Assembly: GCA_963747025.1 (NCBI GenBank)
Contig: CAVVDJ010000002.1
Location: forward strand, 19,376 to 83,375
Direction of reading: 5' to 3'
DNA length: 64,000 nt
Origin: an uncultured beta proteobacterium
GTDB taxonomy: Bacteria; Pseudomonadota; Gammaproteobacteria; Burkholderiales; SHXO01
In this document: positions 31,554 through 45,178 of the stretch, piece by piece
How positions within the stretch are numbered: position 1 is the stretch's first letter
Layout of the letters: every line of letters starts with the position of its first letter
The notes under the pieces: generated by a model
Told to the model about the DNA's origin: nothing
What the model saw: only the letters and a program-made list of their open reading frames with translations
Databases searched by the model: none
Position numbers and translations under genes: made by a program

Positions 31554-34182
31554 ATGGGCCGCAGCCTACTCATTGTTGAATCGCCGTCGAAGGCGAAGAC
31601 GCTCAAGAAGTACCTGGGACGCAACTTCGACGTGCTGGCGTCCTATGGTCACGTACGCGACCTGGAGGCCAAGGAAGGTGCCGTCGACCCGGCCCATGGG
31701 TTTCGCATGCGCTACGCGCTGGTGGAGAAAAACACCAAACATGTAGACGCAATCGCGAAAGCCGCGGGGGACGCCGATCAGATCCTGCTCGCCACCGATC
31801 CGGATCGCGAGGGCGAAGCCATCGCCTGGCACCTGTCCGAGATTCTGAAGGGCAAGAAGTCGTTGAAGAACCGGCCGGTAAAGCGCGTCGTGTTCTACGA
31901 AATCACGGAATCTGCAGTCAAGGACGGGGTGGCGCACCCCCGCGCGATCTCGATGCCCCTGGTGAATGCCCAGCAGGCGCGCCGCGCGCTCGATCACCTG
32001 GTCGGGTTCAATCTTTCGCCACTGTTGTGGAAAAAGATCGGCCCGAGCCTCTCCGCTGGCCGCGTCCAGAGTCCTGCCCTGCGCCTGATCGTCGAGCGTG
32101 AGCAGGAGATCGAGAACTTCAAGACCCGCGAGTACTGGACAGTCCACCTCGAGAGCCACAAAGGGACCGAGAAGTTCAGCGCGCGGCTGAGCCAATACAA
32201 AGGCGAGAAGGTCGAGCAGTTCACGATCACGACTGATAGCCAGCAACAGGCGGTAGTCAGCGACATACTCAAGCACGCAAAAGGCAGCGGGACGGTAGTC
32301 AAGGTCGAGCGCAAGCCGAAGCTGCGCTATCCGTCGCCGCCGTTCATCACGTCGACTCTGCAACAGGAAGCGGTGCGTAAGCTCGGCATGAGCGCCGACC
32401 GCGCGATGCGCACTGCGCAGCAGTTGTACGAAGGGGTGGAGATCGGCGGCGGGACGGTAGGGCTTATCACCTACATGCGCACGGATTCGACCAACCTCGC
32501 AGCCGAAGCACTGCACGAGATACGCGAATACATCGCCAAGCACTTCAAGCCGGACTATCTGCCCAAGAGCGCGGTTCACTACCGCAGCAAGTCCAAGAAC
32601 GCGCAGGAAGCACACGAAGGGATTCGGCCCACGTCCATCGCTCGGACGCCGGATCAGGTACGCGCGCACCTGACTCCAGACCAGGCTCGCCTCTACGAGA
32701 TGATCTGGAAACGGACACTGGCGTGTCAGATGTCGCCTGCGCGCTTTGATACAACCGGGGTGGACCTGCGTGTGGGACACCCGGATACGCTGTTTCGGGC
32801 GAGCGGACAAACCTTGGTATTCCCTGGCTTTATTGCGGTCTACAAAGAGGACTTAGACGACGCCACCGAGGAAGGCGAAGAACGGCTGCCGCAGCTCGAG
32901 GAGGGCCAGTCTATCCCGGTCGATCGACTCTTCGGCGAGCAGCACTTTACTCAGCCTCCCCCGCGCTATACCGAGGCCAGCCTGGTGAAAACCCTCGAGG
33001 AGTACGGGATTGGCCGCCCTTCGACCTACGCCAGCATCATCTCGACGTTGCAGGACCGGGGCTACGCCTACCTCGACAAGAAGCGCTTTATGCCTACCGA
33101 CTTGGGACGCTTGGTAAGCGGCTTTCTGAGCGCGCACTTCAACCCCTACATCGATTATGACTTCACCGCCCGGATGGAGGATCAGCTCGACTTCATCTCC
33201 GACGGCAAACGCGATTGGGTGCCGGTGCTGAAGGAGTTTTGGCAGGCGTTCTCGACCACGCTGGCGGAAAAACAGGATGTTGCGCGCGGCAGTCCGCTAG
33301 GAGAGAAATGTCCCAAATGTAAGAAGGGCGAGCTCTATCTGCAGAACAGCCGGCGCGGACTCTTCGTGGGCTGCAGTCGCTACCCCGACTGCGACTACAC
33401 GCGTCCCTGGGGTGCGCTGGCTGACGGTCCGATGAAACTGGGGAAAGACCCGGAAAGCGGCCTTGACGTGCTGCTCATGCGCGGGCCCTACGGCTACTAC
33501 GTCCAGCTTGGCCCCACCGATCCGAAGGCCAAGAGCAAGCCCAAGCGCGCTGCCTGGCCCAAGAAAGCTCCGATCGCGACCGCCGACCTGGACACAGCGC
33601 TGAAGCTCTCTGGCGCTGCCAAGGCAGCTGGGAGAACATCCGCAAACGGGTATGCCCGTCCTCGCCAACATCGGACCTTTTGGCCCGTACGTCAAACACG
33701 ACGGCGCCTACAAATCGATCCCGAAAAGCGACAGCGTCTACGATATCGCGCTGGACCGCGCCGTGGAGTTGTTGTCCGCACCGAAGACCGCGCGCGGTCC
33801 AGGAGGCAAGAATTTAGGGCCGCATCCGCAAGACCAGCAACCGGTCGCGCTGCTGAGCGGCCGCTACGGGCCTTACATCAAGCACGGGCGCGTCAACGCG
33901 ACCGTGCCCCAAGACTATGATCCAGCCGCACTCACGCTCGAGCAGGCGTTGGCGATCCTGGAGGCGAAAAAACAAGCCGGCAGCGGAAAGGACACGAAGG
34001 CCAAAGGCAAGTCGACGCAGAGCTACCCAGCCGGACGAGCCGGAAAGAAATCCTCGGCGCGCGGCGGTCCCCGTGCAAACAGTCGGCAAGAGCGGAAAGT
34101 CGTCCACGCGCGCCACAGCCGCGCGGAGTGCAACGAGAACAACCAGCGCGCCGCAAGAGCCGCTAAGACGCGGCAGCCAACT

Positions 34183-34209
<27 letters not shown>
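31554..34209 (+). CDS. topA: DNA topoisomerase I; at least one frameshift as sequenced, and the C-terminal tail is uncertain
   Basis: [16 protein letters not shown]...[14 protein letters not shown]...[15 protein letters not shown]...ITYMRTDS (catalytic Tyr)...GIGRPSTYA...[11 protein letters not shown]...CSRYPDC...DTALKL | [29 protein letters not shown]...[10 protein letters not shown]. The switch lies near 33608. The last ~80 codons are low-complexity and read plausibly in more than one frame. Confidence 0.88.
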
Positions 34210-36604
<2,395 letters not shown>

Positions 36605-36614
36605 TTACTTGGGG

Positions 36615-37721
36615 TTAGATCCGCATCGGCATGACAACGTACTTGAAGTCCGCGTTGCCCGGGATGGTCATAAGCATGCTGCTATTGGAGTCGCCCAGAG
36701 CGCACTCCACCTCCGGCGATTGCACGTTTGCCAGGACCTCGAGCAGGTAGCTCACGTTGAAGCCGACATCCAGTGCATCGCCAGCGTAGCTGATTTCCAG
36801 TTCTTCCTCCGCCTCCTCTTGGTCGCTATTGGTACAGATGATCCGCAAGCTGTTGCTGGTCAGCACCCAGCGCACGCCTCTGAATTTCTCGTTGGACAGA
36901 ATCGCCGCACGTTGCAACGCCTGCTGCAGGGTTAACCGGTCGAGCACGAAGCGCTTCTTGTATCCGCTGGGAACGACCTTTTGAAAATCCGGAAACTTGC
37001 CATCCACTACTTTGGTGATGAAGCTGATGCGACCAAAACCAAAGCTAACCTGATTCTCCAGAACCCTCAGTGAAACCGGCTCGTCGGTATCCCCCAGCAG
37101 CTTGGCCAGCTCCAAGATAGCCTTGCGGGGCAAAATAACCTCAGCCCGCGTGCTACCCAAGTTGACCGCCAAACTGGCTAACGCCAAACGGTGACCGTCG
37201 GTAGCAACTACTACGAGCGCATCCTCACGCAACGAGAACAGCAGGCCGTTGAGATAGTAACGTATATCCTGCTGAGCCATGGCGTACTGGACCAGAGCCA
37301 GCAGCCGTTTCAATTCCTTTTGCGGCAGCTGCACTTCTGCTCCTGCCGCTCCGGCGCTCGCGATTTTCGGGAAATCCTGGGCAGGTAATGTCTGTAAGCT
37401 GAACTTGCTCTTTCCAGCACGTAGTTGCAGGCGCTTGTCCTGGAGTTGCAGCGATACCACCGTAGGATCTGGCAGCGAGCGCAAGATGTCCTGCAGCTTC
37501 CGCGCTGACACCGTAGTTGCCTGCGCTTCGCTGGCATCTGGGGATTCCGCATCAGATGCAACCTGAATCTCCAGATCGGTAGCTGTGACAGAAAGTTTTC
37601 CAGCGCCAATCTCCAACAACACATTTGAGAGAATCGGAAGCGTGTGGCGACGCTCCACCACACCACTCACCGCCTGTAGTGGAGCAAGCAAGAGATTTCG
37701 GTCTACTTGTAACAAGTTCAT
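36615..37721 (-). CDS. dnaN: DNA polymerase III beta sliding clamp
   Basis: Intact 368 aa: MNLLQVDRNLLLAPLQAVSGVVERRHTLPILSNVLLE...ATDGHRLA...MPMRI. It sits between dnaA and gyrB. Confidence 0.93.
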   Translation of the reverse strand: MNLLQVDRNLLLAPLQAVSGVVERRHTLPILSNVLLEIGAGKLSVTATDLEIQVASDAESPDASEAQATTVSARKLQDILRSLPDPTVVSLQLQDKRLQLRAGKSKFSLQTLPAQDFPKIASAGAAGAEVQLPQKELKRLLALVQYAMAQQDIRYYLNGLLFSLREDALVVVATDGHRLALASLAVNLGSTRAEVILPRKAILELAKLLGDTDEPVSLRVLENQVSFGFGRISFITKVVDGKFPDFQKVVPSGYKKRFVLDRLTLQQALQRAAILSNEKFRGVRWVLTSNSLRIICTNSDQEEAEEELEISYAGDALDVGFNVSYLLEVLANVQSPEVECALGDSNSSMLMTIPGNADFKYVVMPMRI

Positions 37722-37912
37722 TGTTTATTGTTCCTAATAATTACTAATAAGAACGCAGCGCAACTGTGGAAAAGTCTGCCTCAGGCCGCGGCCAAGCAGA
37801 GTGAGCTGACTACAAACTACGGGACAACCCTGGTTTGTGCTGTGGACAGATTGTGGATCATTACAGCGCGCCCCGACGTAATGAAATCGACCCACATGTT
37901 ATTCGGCCACCA
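37722..37912. other. dnaA-dnaN intergenic region with DnaA-box cluster and AT-rich tract (candidate oriC or part of it)
   Basis: Three same-orientation DnaA-box-like 9-mers (bottom-strand reading): TTTTCCACA (37765-37773), CTGTCCACA (37841-37849), TGATCCACA (37852-37860). A 31-nt tract at 37722-37752 is about 19% GC (TGTTTATTGTTCCTAATAATTACTAATAAGA) in a ~62% GC context. Confidence 0.45.
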
Positions 37913-39313
37913 TCAACTTCTTAGAACCTGAAGCAGCGCCTCGAAGTCGCGGTTGATATCCGGACTCTCCGACTTCAGCGATGCTATTTTGCGACAGGCG
38001 TGCAGTACCGTGGTGTGATCGCGTCCACCGAATGCATCACCGATATCGGGCAAACTCAACTGGGTGAGTTCCTTCGCCAGAGCCATGGCGACCTGGCGCG
38101 GGCGGGCAACGTTGCGAGAGCGCTTCTTAGAGTACATCTCGGACACTTTGATCTTGTAGTAGTCAGCAACTGTCTTTTGGATGTTCTCTATAGAGACCTG
38201 GCGAAATTGAATGGCGAGCACATCCTTGAGAGCTTCACGGGCCAGCTCGACTGACAATGGCTGGCCAGCAAAGTTGGAGTACGCCAGTACTCGCTTCAGA
38301 GCACCCTCTAGTTCGCGTACGTTGGATTGGATGTGCTTGGCGATGAAGAAAGCAACGTCCTCGGGCAAGCGCACGCCTTCAGCTTCTGCTTTCTTGATCA
38401 GGATCGCGACTCGCATCTCGAGCTCGGGTGGTTCTATGGCAACGGTCAGTCCCCACCCAAAGCGCGAGATCAACCGGTCCTCCATTCCAGCAATCTCCTT
38501 CGGATACGTATCACATGTGATGATTACCTGCTTGTGTGTGTCAATAAGTGCGTTGAACGCGTAGAAGAACTCTTCCTGCGTGCGGTTCTTTCCGCTGAAA
38601 AACTGAATATCGTCGATCAGCAGAAGGTCCAGGGAATGGTAGTAGCGTTTGAATCCGTCGAATGCCTTGTGCTGATAAGCCCTCACCACATCGGAGACGT
38701 ACTGCTCTGCATGGATGTAGCGAATCTTGGCTTGGGGATTCTGGTCATGGACGAGATTGCCGATCGCTTGGATGAGATGCGTCTTGCCCAGGCCCACACC
38801 CCCATAGATGAAGAGCGGGTTGTAGGCGGTGCCAGGGTGCTCTGATACTTGCAGCGCCGCGGCGCGCGCGAGCTGATTTGCCTTGCCGGTAACGAACGAG
38901 TCGAAGCTGAAAGAAGAGTTCAGCCGCGTGTGCTCTCGTACCTTGGGCTTGACTGGTTCGGTCGTAGGGGGATTTGGCAGCGCTCCAGAGGCACCGGAAG
39001 CACCGCCCACAGGATTGTCGGCCAATTGCAGCACAACGGCGACGCGATGTGGAGCCGCCTCGCGGGTGAGTTGTTCGATAACGGGAAGGAACCGGTCTTT
39101 GACCCACTGCAAGACAAATCGATTTGGCGCGGTGATGGTCAGTACGCGATCCCGCGACAAAGCTTGAAGTGGCTGTATCCAGGTTCGGAATTGCTGGGGC
39201 GGCAACTCCTTCTCGAAATGCCTTAGGCAATGGTCCCAGAGGCCGTCCATGTTCACTCGGTTGGGTAATTGGACTGAGCTCTCCGTCTCAGCGGAACCGG
39301 GCATTGTACCCAC
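37913..39313 (-). CDS. dnaA: Chromosomal replication initiator protein DnaA
   Basis: Intact 466 aa (GTG 39313; alternative ATG 39304). Walker [20 protein letters not shown], sensor [13 protein letters not shown], and the C-terminal DNA-binding helix ...[21 protein letters not shown]. Confidence 0.95.
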   Translation of the reverse strand: MGTMPGSAETESSVQLPNRVNMDGLWDHCLRHFEKELPPQQFRTWIQPLQALSRDRVLTITAPNRFVLQWVKDRFLPVIEQLTREAAPHRVAVVLQLADNPVGGASGASGALPNPPTTEPVKPKVREHTRLNSSFSFDSFVTGKANQLARAAALQVSEHPGTAYNPLFIYGGVGLGKTHLIQAIGNLVHDQNPQAKIRYIHAEQYVSDVVRAYQHKAFDGFKRYYHSLDLLLIDDIQFFSGKNRTQEEFFYAFNALIDTHKQVIITCDTYPKEIAGMEDRLISRFGWGLTVAIEPPELEMRVAILIKKAEAEGVRLPEDVAFFIAKHIQSNVRELEGALKRVLAYSNFAGQPLSVELAREALKDVLAIQFRQVSIENIQKTVADYYKIKVSEMYSKKRSRNVARPRQVAMALAKELTQLSLPDIGDAFGGRDHTTVLHACRKIASLKSESPDINRDFEALLQVLRS

Positions 39314-39324
39314 CCGGCTCCAAG

Positions 39325-39333
39325 TTATCCACA
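39325..39333 (+). promoter_or_regulatory. Consensus DnaA box TTATCCACA in the dnaA-rpmH divergent spacer
   Basis: Exact 9/9 match to the E. coli-type consensus, 12-21 nt upstream of the dnaA start candidates. The position is typical of dnaA autoregulation. Confidence 0.6.
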
Positions 39334-39355
39334 GCTCGCTGTGCCCCTGGACCGA

Positions 39356-39385
39356 TTGACAAGCATGGTCGCTCCGCCATCTAAT
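39356..39385 (+). promoter_or_regulatory. Putative sigma-70 promoter of rpmH-rnpA-yidD-yidC-mnmE
   Basis: TTGACA (39356-39361), an 18-nt spacer, then TCTAAT (39380-39385), about 35 nt upstream of the rpmH ATG. Confidence 0.45.
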
Positions 39386-39420
39386 ACCACGCTTTTTCCC
39401 CGCATCCTTTCTCGATCAAG

Positions 39421-39555
39421 ATGAAACGCACATATCAGCCGTCCAAAATCCGCCGCGCGCGCACGCATGGGTTCCGGGCACGTATGAAGACCCTGGGTGG
39501 CCGCAAGGTTCTCAATAATCGTCGCGCCAAAGGCCGCAAGCGGCTTGCGGTCTGA
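39421..39555 (+). CDS. rpmH: 50S ribosomal protein L34
   Basis: 44 aa, below the ORF-track cutoff: [44 protein letters not shown]. Confidence 0.95.
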   Translation: MKRTYQPSKIRRARTHGFRARMKTLGGRKVLNNRRAKGRKRLAV

Positions 39556-39889
39556 GGCCTTCCGCCGCCGTGCTCGTTTGCAAGGGGGGTCGGCGTTTAG
39601 CGTCCTCTTGCGCTCTCGGCGCGCGGCGAGGAGTGAGCGCTTCCTTGTACAGGCAGCGCTCAACGGCGAGGGGTTTGCGCGGCTTGGCATCGTAGTAGGC
39701 AAACGGGTAGCAAAGCGGGCGGTGGATCGCAGCCTGCTGAAACGTCTAGTCCGGGAGACCTTCCGGCGCCAACAGCACGAACTGGGGGGCTTTGATTTGC
39801 TAGTGCGTCCGCGACGCGTTCTATCGGGTAATGAAGTCGTCGCAGCGCGTGAGGAATTGCGCGCATTGCTGGCAACCGCAATCGCATGA
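39545..39889 (+). CDS. rnpA: Ribonuclease P protein component (start codon uncertain)
   Basis: Directly follows rpmH. Basic protein with ...[49 protein letters not shown]. The TTG at 39545 is one candidate start. The stop overlaps the yidD ATG (ATGA). Confidence 0.75.
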   Translation: MRSEAFRRRARLQGGSAFSVLLRSRRAARSERFLVQAALNGEGFARLGIVVGKRVAKRAVDRSLLKRLVRETFRRQQHELGGFDLLVRPRRVLSGNEVVAAREELRALLATAIA

Positions 39890-40113
39890 AGCGCGTTGCC
39901 GCAGGCTTGATCCGCGTCTACCAAATAAGCGTTAGTCCGCTTCTAGGGCCGAGTTGCAGGTTCCATCCAACCTGCTCGCGCTATGCGGAGGAGTCTATTC
40001 TGCGCCATGGGTTAGCACGCGGGGCGTGGCTCGGGGTGAGACGTCTGTTGCGCTGTCACCCTTGGAGTCCCGGCGGCTACGACCCAGTGCCCGGCAGTCA
40101 CGACCGAAGCTGA
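39886..40113 (+). CDS. yidD: Membrane protein insertion efficiency factor YidD
   Basis: 75 aa: [35 protein letters not shown]...[17 protein letters not shown]. Confidence 0.92.
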   Translation: MKRVAAGLIRVYQISVSPLLGPSCRFHPTCSRYAEESILRHGLARGAWLGVRRLLRCHPWSPGGYDPVPGSHDRS

Positions 40114-40116
40114 CCC

Positions 40117-41763
40117 ATGGATAGTTTTAGGATATTCGCGGGGATGGTGTTTGCGATCTCCGCGTTTCTGCTGGTCGAGGCGTGGGTCCGCGACCACCAG
40201 AAAGTCGCACCACCGGCAACGCCCGCAGCCGCTACGCAGCGGGACACGGCGCCGCCAACTCCCACTTCCGGACTGGGTCAAGTGGCACCACCGCCGGCGC
40301 ACCCGACGGATCCAAAGCTGACCCGAGGCGAGCGTATTCACGTGGTGACTGACGTCGTTGTCGCGGAAATCGACACGATAGGCGGAGACCTGCGCCGCCT
40401 GGAGTTGACCAAATATCGGGATACGTTCGATCAGAAGTTGAACTTCGTTTTGCTGCAGGAGAATGAGCAGAACGTGTACGTGGCGCAGAGCGGACTGATC
40501 GGGGAGAACCTTCCCAATCACACTACGTTGTTTAAAGCCGGTCAGACCTCCTATGAGTTGGCGCCAGGCGCCGACACGGTAACAGTGCGACTGCAGACGG
40601 CCGGGGGGAATGGTATTCAGCTCGTCAAGACCTATGGCTTCCATCGTGGGAGCTATGTCGTCGACGTGGGGTTCGAAGCCACCAACGCCAGCGCCGCCGC
40701 CGTGGAACCGTTCGCGTATTTTCAGCTCGTCCGCGACACCAAGTCGCCGGCGGGTGATTCAAAGATGGTTCCGGTGTTCAATGGAGTGGAGGTGTACACA
40801 GAGAAGGACAAGCTGCACAAGGCCGCTTTCGATGACATCGTCAAGAACAAGCTCAGCTATCCCCAGTCAGCCTCGGATGGATGGATCGCTATCGTCCAGC
40901 ATTACTTTCTCGGCGCCTGGTTACCAAAACCCGAGGAGTCGCGAGAATATTTTGTTCGCCCCCTCGAGAGCGGACTATTCGCGGCTGGAGTGATTTTGCC
41001 GGTTGGTCGACTCGAACCCGGTCAGACCAACGTCGTTCTATCTCGGCTGTACGCAGGCCCCCAGGAGCAGGCGCTGCTCAAGACACTTGCGCCAGGTCTT
41101 GAGTTGACGGTGGATTACGGGTGGTTGCGCCCGCTTGCCGTCCCGCTGTTCTGGGTCTTGAACGAGATTCACAAACTGGTCGGGAACTGGGGCGTAGCCA
41201 TCATTCTTCTCACTGTGATTATCAAGCTGATTTTTTATCCACTCTCTGCTGCGAGCTATAAATCGATGGCCAAGATGAAGGTTCTTGCGCCGAAACTGCA
41301 GCGTTTGAAAGAGCGGTATGGCGACGACCGTCAGCGCATGCATCAAGCTATGGTCGAGCTATACAAAACGGAAAAGATCAATCCTCTGGGTGGTTGCCTG
41401 CCGATCGTTGTGCAGATCCCCGTGTTTATCGCGCTCTACTGGACGCTGCTCTTGAGTGTGGAACTGCGTCAAGCGCCCTTCGTTTTCTGGATTCACGATC
41501 TCTCCCGGCCCGACCCTTATTACATCCTTCCGGTCCTGATGGGCGCTACGATGTTCATTCAGACATGGCTGAATCCGACGCCTCCAGATCCGATGCAGGC
41601 CAAGCTGATGAAGATCATGCCTATCGCGTTCAGCGTGTTCTTCTTCTTCTTTCCGTCGGGGCTTGTGTTGTATTGGCTCGTGAATAATATTCTGTCCATC
41701 GCCCAGCAGTGGCGGATCACCCACGTGCTTGAGCGGGCGAAGACCGCTCATGACGGAAGCTGA
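40117..41763 (+). CDS. yidC: Membrane protein insertase YidC
   Basis: Intact 548 aa. N-terminal TM, large periplasmic domain, then the conserved core WGVAIILLTVIIKLIFYPLS...MKVLAPKLQRLKERYGDDRQ...GCLPIVVQIPVFIALYW. Confidence 0.95.
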   Translation: MDSFRIFAGMVFAISAFLLVEAWVRDHQKVAPPATPAAATQRDTAPPTPTSGLGQVAPPPAHPTDPKLTRGERIHVVTDVVVAEIDTIGGDLRRLELTKYRDTFDQKLNFVLLQENEQNVYVAQSGLIGENLPNHTTLFKAGQTSYELAPGADTVTVRLQTAGGNGIQLVKTYGFHRGSYVVDVGFEATNASAAAVEPFAYFQLVRDTKSPAGDSKMVPVFNGVEVYTEKDKLHKAAFDDIVKNKLSYPQSASDGWIAIVQHYFLGAWLPKPEESREYFVRPLESGLFAAGVILPVGRLEPGQTNVVLSRLYAGPQEQALLKTLAPGLELTVDYGWLRPLAVPLFWVLNEIHKLVGNWGVAIILLTVIIKLIFYPLSAASYKSMAKMKVLAPKLQRLKERYGDDRQRMHQAMVELYKTEKINPLGGCLPIVVQIPVFIALYWTLLLSVELRQAPFVFWIHDLSRPDPYYILPVLMGATMFIQTWLNPTPPDPMQAKLMKIMPIAFSVFFFFFPSGLVLYWLVNNILSIAQQWRITHVLERAKTAHDGS

Positions 41764-43090
41764 CGTCATTGCGGCGATCGCCACGGCGAGCGGCCGAGCT
41801 GCGATAGGGATCGTCCGCCTCTCGGGCCCTCGGCTGTCCAGGTTCATGCAGCCGCTGTTCGGCCGGGGCATAGCGCCACGAAGCGCAGTTCTTACTGATT
41901 TCTTGGATTCCAGCGGTCGGGCTCTCGATACGGGAATCGCGTTGTTCTTCCCTGGTCCCGGGTCCTACACGGGAGAAGACGTCCTCGAGCTGCAAGGGCA
42001 TGGGGGCCCCGCTGTGCTGCAGCTATTGTTGCGCCGGTGCCTGGCACTAGGTGCGCGTGTCGCGCACCCGGGGGAATTTAGCAAACGCGCTTTTCTCAAT
42101 GACAAGCTGGACCTGACCCAGGCAGAGGGTATCGCTGACCTGATCGAAGCCAACTCCGAGGCGGCCGCTCGCGCCGCCATGCGCTCGCTGAAGGGTGAGT
42201 TCTCTCAGGAAATCAGCGCGCTTGTTTCCGAGCTCACGGCCTTGCGTGTGCAGATTGAAGCTTGTATCGACTTCCCAGAGGAAGATACCGGGACCCATCA
42301 CGATCGCGGAACGGCGCGGGATCTTCGGCATCTTCGGGACAAACTGGAGGCAATACAAGAGCGCTCCGCGTCCGGGAGCCTGCTGCGCGAAGCTGTCCAG
42401 ATCGTCCTGATCGGCCCACCTAATGTGGGGAAATCCAGTCTGCTCAATCGGTTGGCGGGCGACGAGGTGGCGATTGTGACTGAGGTTCCGGGCACAACGA
42501 GGGATATCGTTCGCAGCGAGGTCTTATTCGATGGGGTGGCAATGCAGCTTGTCGATACCGCCGGCTTACGGGAGACCCAGGACACGGTTGAACGGCTGGG
42601 TATCGACCGGACACGGAAAGCGGTAAAGGACGCAGATCTGTTGTTGCTGGTTGACGACGCTGACCTCGAGAAGCGTATCGGTCAGGAGTGGACCCTGGCT
42701 GAAATTCCATCCAAGGCCAAGCGAATCAAGGTGTTGAACAAAATCGACCTGCTTCATCGCCAACCGATCAAACGTGAGTTAAGCGGTGAAACAGAGGTCG
42801 AGGTGTCCGCGAAGACAGGAGCTGGACTGAGCCTCTTGCGTTCAGCGATACTCGAAGCGGCAGGGCGGCTGCCTGAAGTCGAAGGGGTATTCCTCGCCCG
42901 CGAGCGGCACCTCGATGGCCTAGCACGAGCGGCCGCCCATCTGCAGAACGCAGAGGGTTCCTTGAATCAACTGGACCTGGCCGCAGAGGACCTTCGCCTC
43001 GCGCAGCTTGCACTATCCGAGATCACGGGGGAGTTCACGGCCGATGATTTGCTGGGCGAAATCTTCTCCAAGTTCTGCATAGGCAAGTAA
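41750..43090 (+). CDS. mnmE: tRNA modification GTPase MnmE
   Basis: Intact 446 aa from ATG 41750. Motifs seen: [23 protein letters not shown]1 [27 protein letters not shown], and the C-terminal FCIGK. Confidence 0.95.
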   Translation: MTEADVIAAIATASGRAAIGIVRLSGPRLSRFMQPLFGRGIAPRSAVLTDFLDSSGRALDTGIALFFPGPGSYTGEDVLELQGHGGPAVLQLLLRRCLALGARVAHPGEFSKRAFLNDKLDLTQAEGIADLIEANSEAAARAAMRSLKGEFSQEISALVSELTALRVQIEACIDFPEEDTGTHHDRGTARDLRHLRDKLEAIQERSASGSLLREAVQIVLIGPPNVGKSSLLNRLAGDEVAIVTEVPGTTRDIVRSEVLFDGVAMQLVDTAGLRETQDTVERLGIDRTRKAVKDADLLLLVDDADLEKRIGQEWTLAEIPSKAKRIKVLNKIDLLHRQPIKRELSGETEVEVSAKTGAGLSLLRSAILEAAGRLPEVEGVFLARERHLDGLARAAAHLQNAEGSLNQLDLAAEDLRLAQLALSEITGEFTADDLLGEIFSKFCIGK

Positions 43091-43096
43091 TAACAT

Positions 43097-43112
43097 TGTT
43101 CCACGTGGAACA
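43097..43112. other. parS centromere-like site 1 (perfect palindrome TGTTCCACGTGGAACA)
   Basis: 16/16 palindrome matching the chromosomal parS consensus (tGTTnCACGTGaAACa). It lies in the mnmE-mnmG spacer, 2.7 kb upstream of parA-parB. Confidence 0.75.
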
Positions 43113-43124
43113 GATTCCCGTGGC

Positions 43125-43140
43125 TGTTCCACGTGGAACA
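43125..43140. other. parS centromere-like site 2 (identical TGTTCCACGTGGAACA)
   Basis: Second identical copy, 28 bp (start to start) from site 1. Confidence 0.75.
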
Positions 43141-43208
43141 TCGTGGGACGTTCGCCAGCCATGGCAGGTTGCGGTATGATTTGCGCCCTTTTGAGCTCTG
43201 CCTGTCCC

Positions 43209-45178
43209 ATGCCTCTTCCCCAAGAAGTAGATGTGGTCGTTGTTGGTGGTGGCCACGCTGGTACCGAAGCCGCACTGGCCTCCTCGCGCATGGGGCAGCG
43301 GACTCTCCTGCTGACCCAAAGCATCGAAACCCTCGGGCAGATGTCCTGCAACCCTTCCATCGGCGGGATCGGGAAGGGTCACTTGGTCAAAGAAATCGAC
43401 GCGCTGGATGGGGCCATGGCCTGCGCCGCTGATGAAGCTGGCATCCAGTTTCGCATCCTTAACGCCAGCAAAGGTCCCGCAGTTCGGGCAACCCGTGCAC
43501 AGGCCGACCGGCTCCTATACAAGCAGGCTATTCGCAGCCGACTGGAAGGCAGGGAAAACCTTTGGATTTTTCAGCAAAGCGTAGAGGATCTCCTGGTCGA
43601 AAGTGACCGCGTGATTGGTGTCCTGACCCAACTTGGAATCGAATTTCGCGCCCGTGCCGTCGTGTTGACGACCGGAACATTTCTGTCGGGGGTGATGCAC
43701 GTTGGGCTCAAACAGCATCAAGGTGGCCGCGCCGGCGAACCCCCCTCGTTGGGGCTTGCGAGAAGATTGCGAGAACTCGCTCTACCGGTAGGCCGTTTGA
43801 AGACCGGAACCCCCCCGCGCATAGACGGCCGAACCATCGAGTATGGTCGGCTGACCGAGCAGCCCGGGGATAAGCCAACGCCTGTCTTCTCCTTTCGGGG
43901 CAGCCGTGACCAGCATCCGCCTCAAGTCTCTTGCTGGGTCACTCATACCAACCCTCGGACCCATGCCATCATTCGAGGCGGTCTAGACCGCTCTCCCATG
44001 TATACCGGGGTAATTGAGGGTGTGGGGCCTCGCTACTGCCCGTCCGTTGAAGACAAGGTAGTGCGGTTCGCAGCGCAAGGACAGTCACCAGATCTTTCTG
44101 GAGCCAGAGGGCTTGACTACACGTGAGGTCTACCCCAACGGCATCTCGACCAGCCTGCCGTTTGATGTTCAACTGGAGTTAGTGCGTTCGATCGACGGCT
44201 TAGAGCATGCCCATATCACGCGGCCCGGATATGCCATCGAATACGATTACTTCGACCCGAGGGGTCTGAAGTCGTCGCTTGAGACCAAGGCCATAGCTGG
44301 GCTGTTTTTCGCCGGGCAGATCAATGGCACAACCGGATATGAAGAGGCGGCCGCCCAGGGACTCCTCGCCGGCATCAACGCCGCGCTGCAAACGCGAGGG
44401 CGCGAGGTCTGGTGCCCACGCCGGGACGAAGCCTATCTGGGTGTGCTCGTCGACGACCTGATTACGCGTGGTGTCAGCGAACCCTATCGCATGTTCACCA
44501 GCCGCGCCGAATATCGCCTCAGCCTCCGCGAGGATAATGCGGACCTGCGTCTGACCGAAGTTGGGCGCCGCCTCGGCGTGGTCGACGAAGCGCGGTGGGT
44601 GGCATTCCAGGAGAAACGCGAGCAGATTGCACGAGAGACGCGAGAGACTACGCGCGACATGGGTCAATCCGAAGGTACTGACGCGAATCCAGATGGAAAG
44701 TGTCTTCGGTGGCGTGCTCGAAAGGGAATACACAGCGCAGGATCTGCTTCGGCGGCCGGGTGTTGATTACGACACGCTCATGACATTGCCCGGAGTGGGG
44801 CCTGGGTTGAGCGATGCTCAGGCTTCGGACCAGGTCCAAATACAAACCAAGTATGAGGGCTATGTAGATCGCCAGCGCGAGGAGGTTACACGTCGCCAAG
44901 GGCATGAAATGACTCGACTTCCCCTTGATCTTGACTACGGGATTGTGCGCGGGCTGTCGGTGGAAGTTCAACAGAAGCTGAATCAGCATCGGCCCGAGAC
45001 TGTGGGGCAGGCGACACGCATCTCGGGAGTGACGCCGGCCGCCATTTCCCTCTTGCTTGTGCATCTCAAGCGTGGGCTGAAACGTTCGGAGCTGGAGGTT
45101 CAACCCGAGGATACGCTCCAGCTCTCCGGGGGCCAAGGCAGAGCGCCGGGCAGGAATGAAGGCCGAGGCCCAGCTTGA
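43209..45178 (+). CDS. mnmG: tRNA uridine 5-carboxymethylaminomethyl modification enzyme MnmG (GidA); 2 frameshifts as sequenced
   Basis: [22 protein letters not shown]...[24 protein letters not shown]...[16 protein letters not shown] | [28 protein letters not shown]...[20 protein letters not shown]...[14 protein letters not shown] | ...LRATWVNP...[17 protein letters not shown]. Switches lie near 44072 and 44630. Confidence 0.9.

Noticed and set aside
43097-43140. The TGTTCCACG half-sites as DnaA boxes marking oriC upstream of mnmG (gidA), as in E. coli.
   Set aside because: They match the DnaA-box consensus at only 6/9 positions, whereas the full 16-mer is an exact parS-type palindrome. There is also no AT-rich unwinding tract in this spacer.
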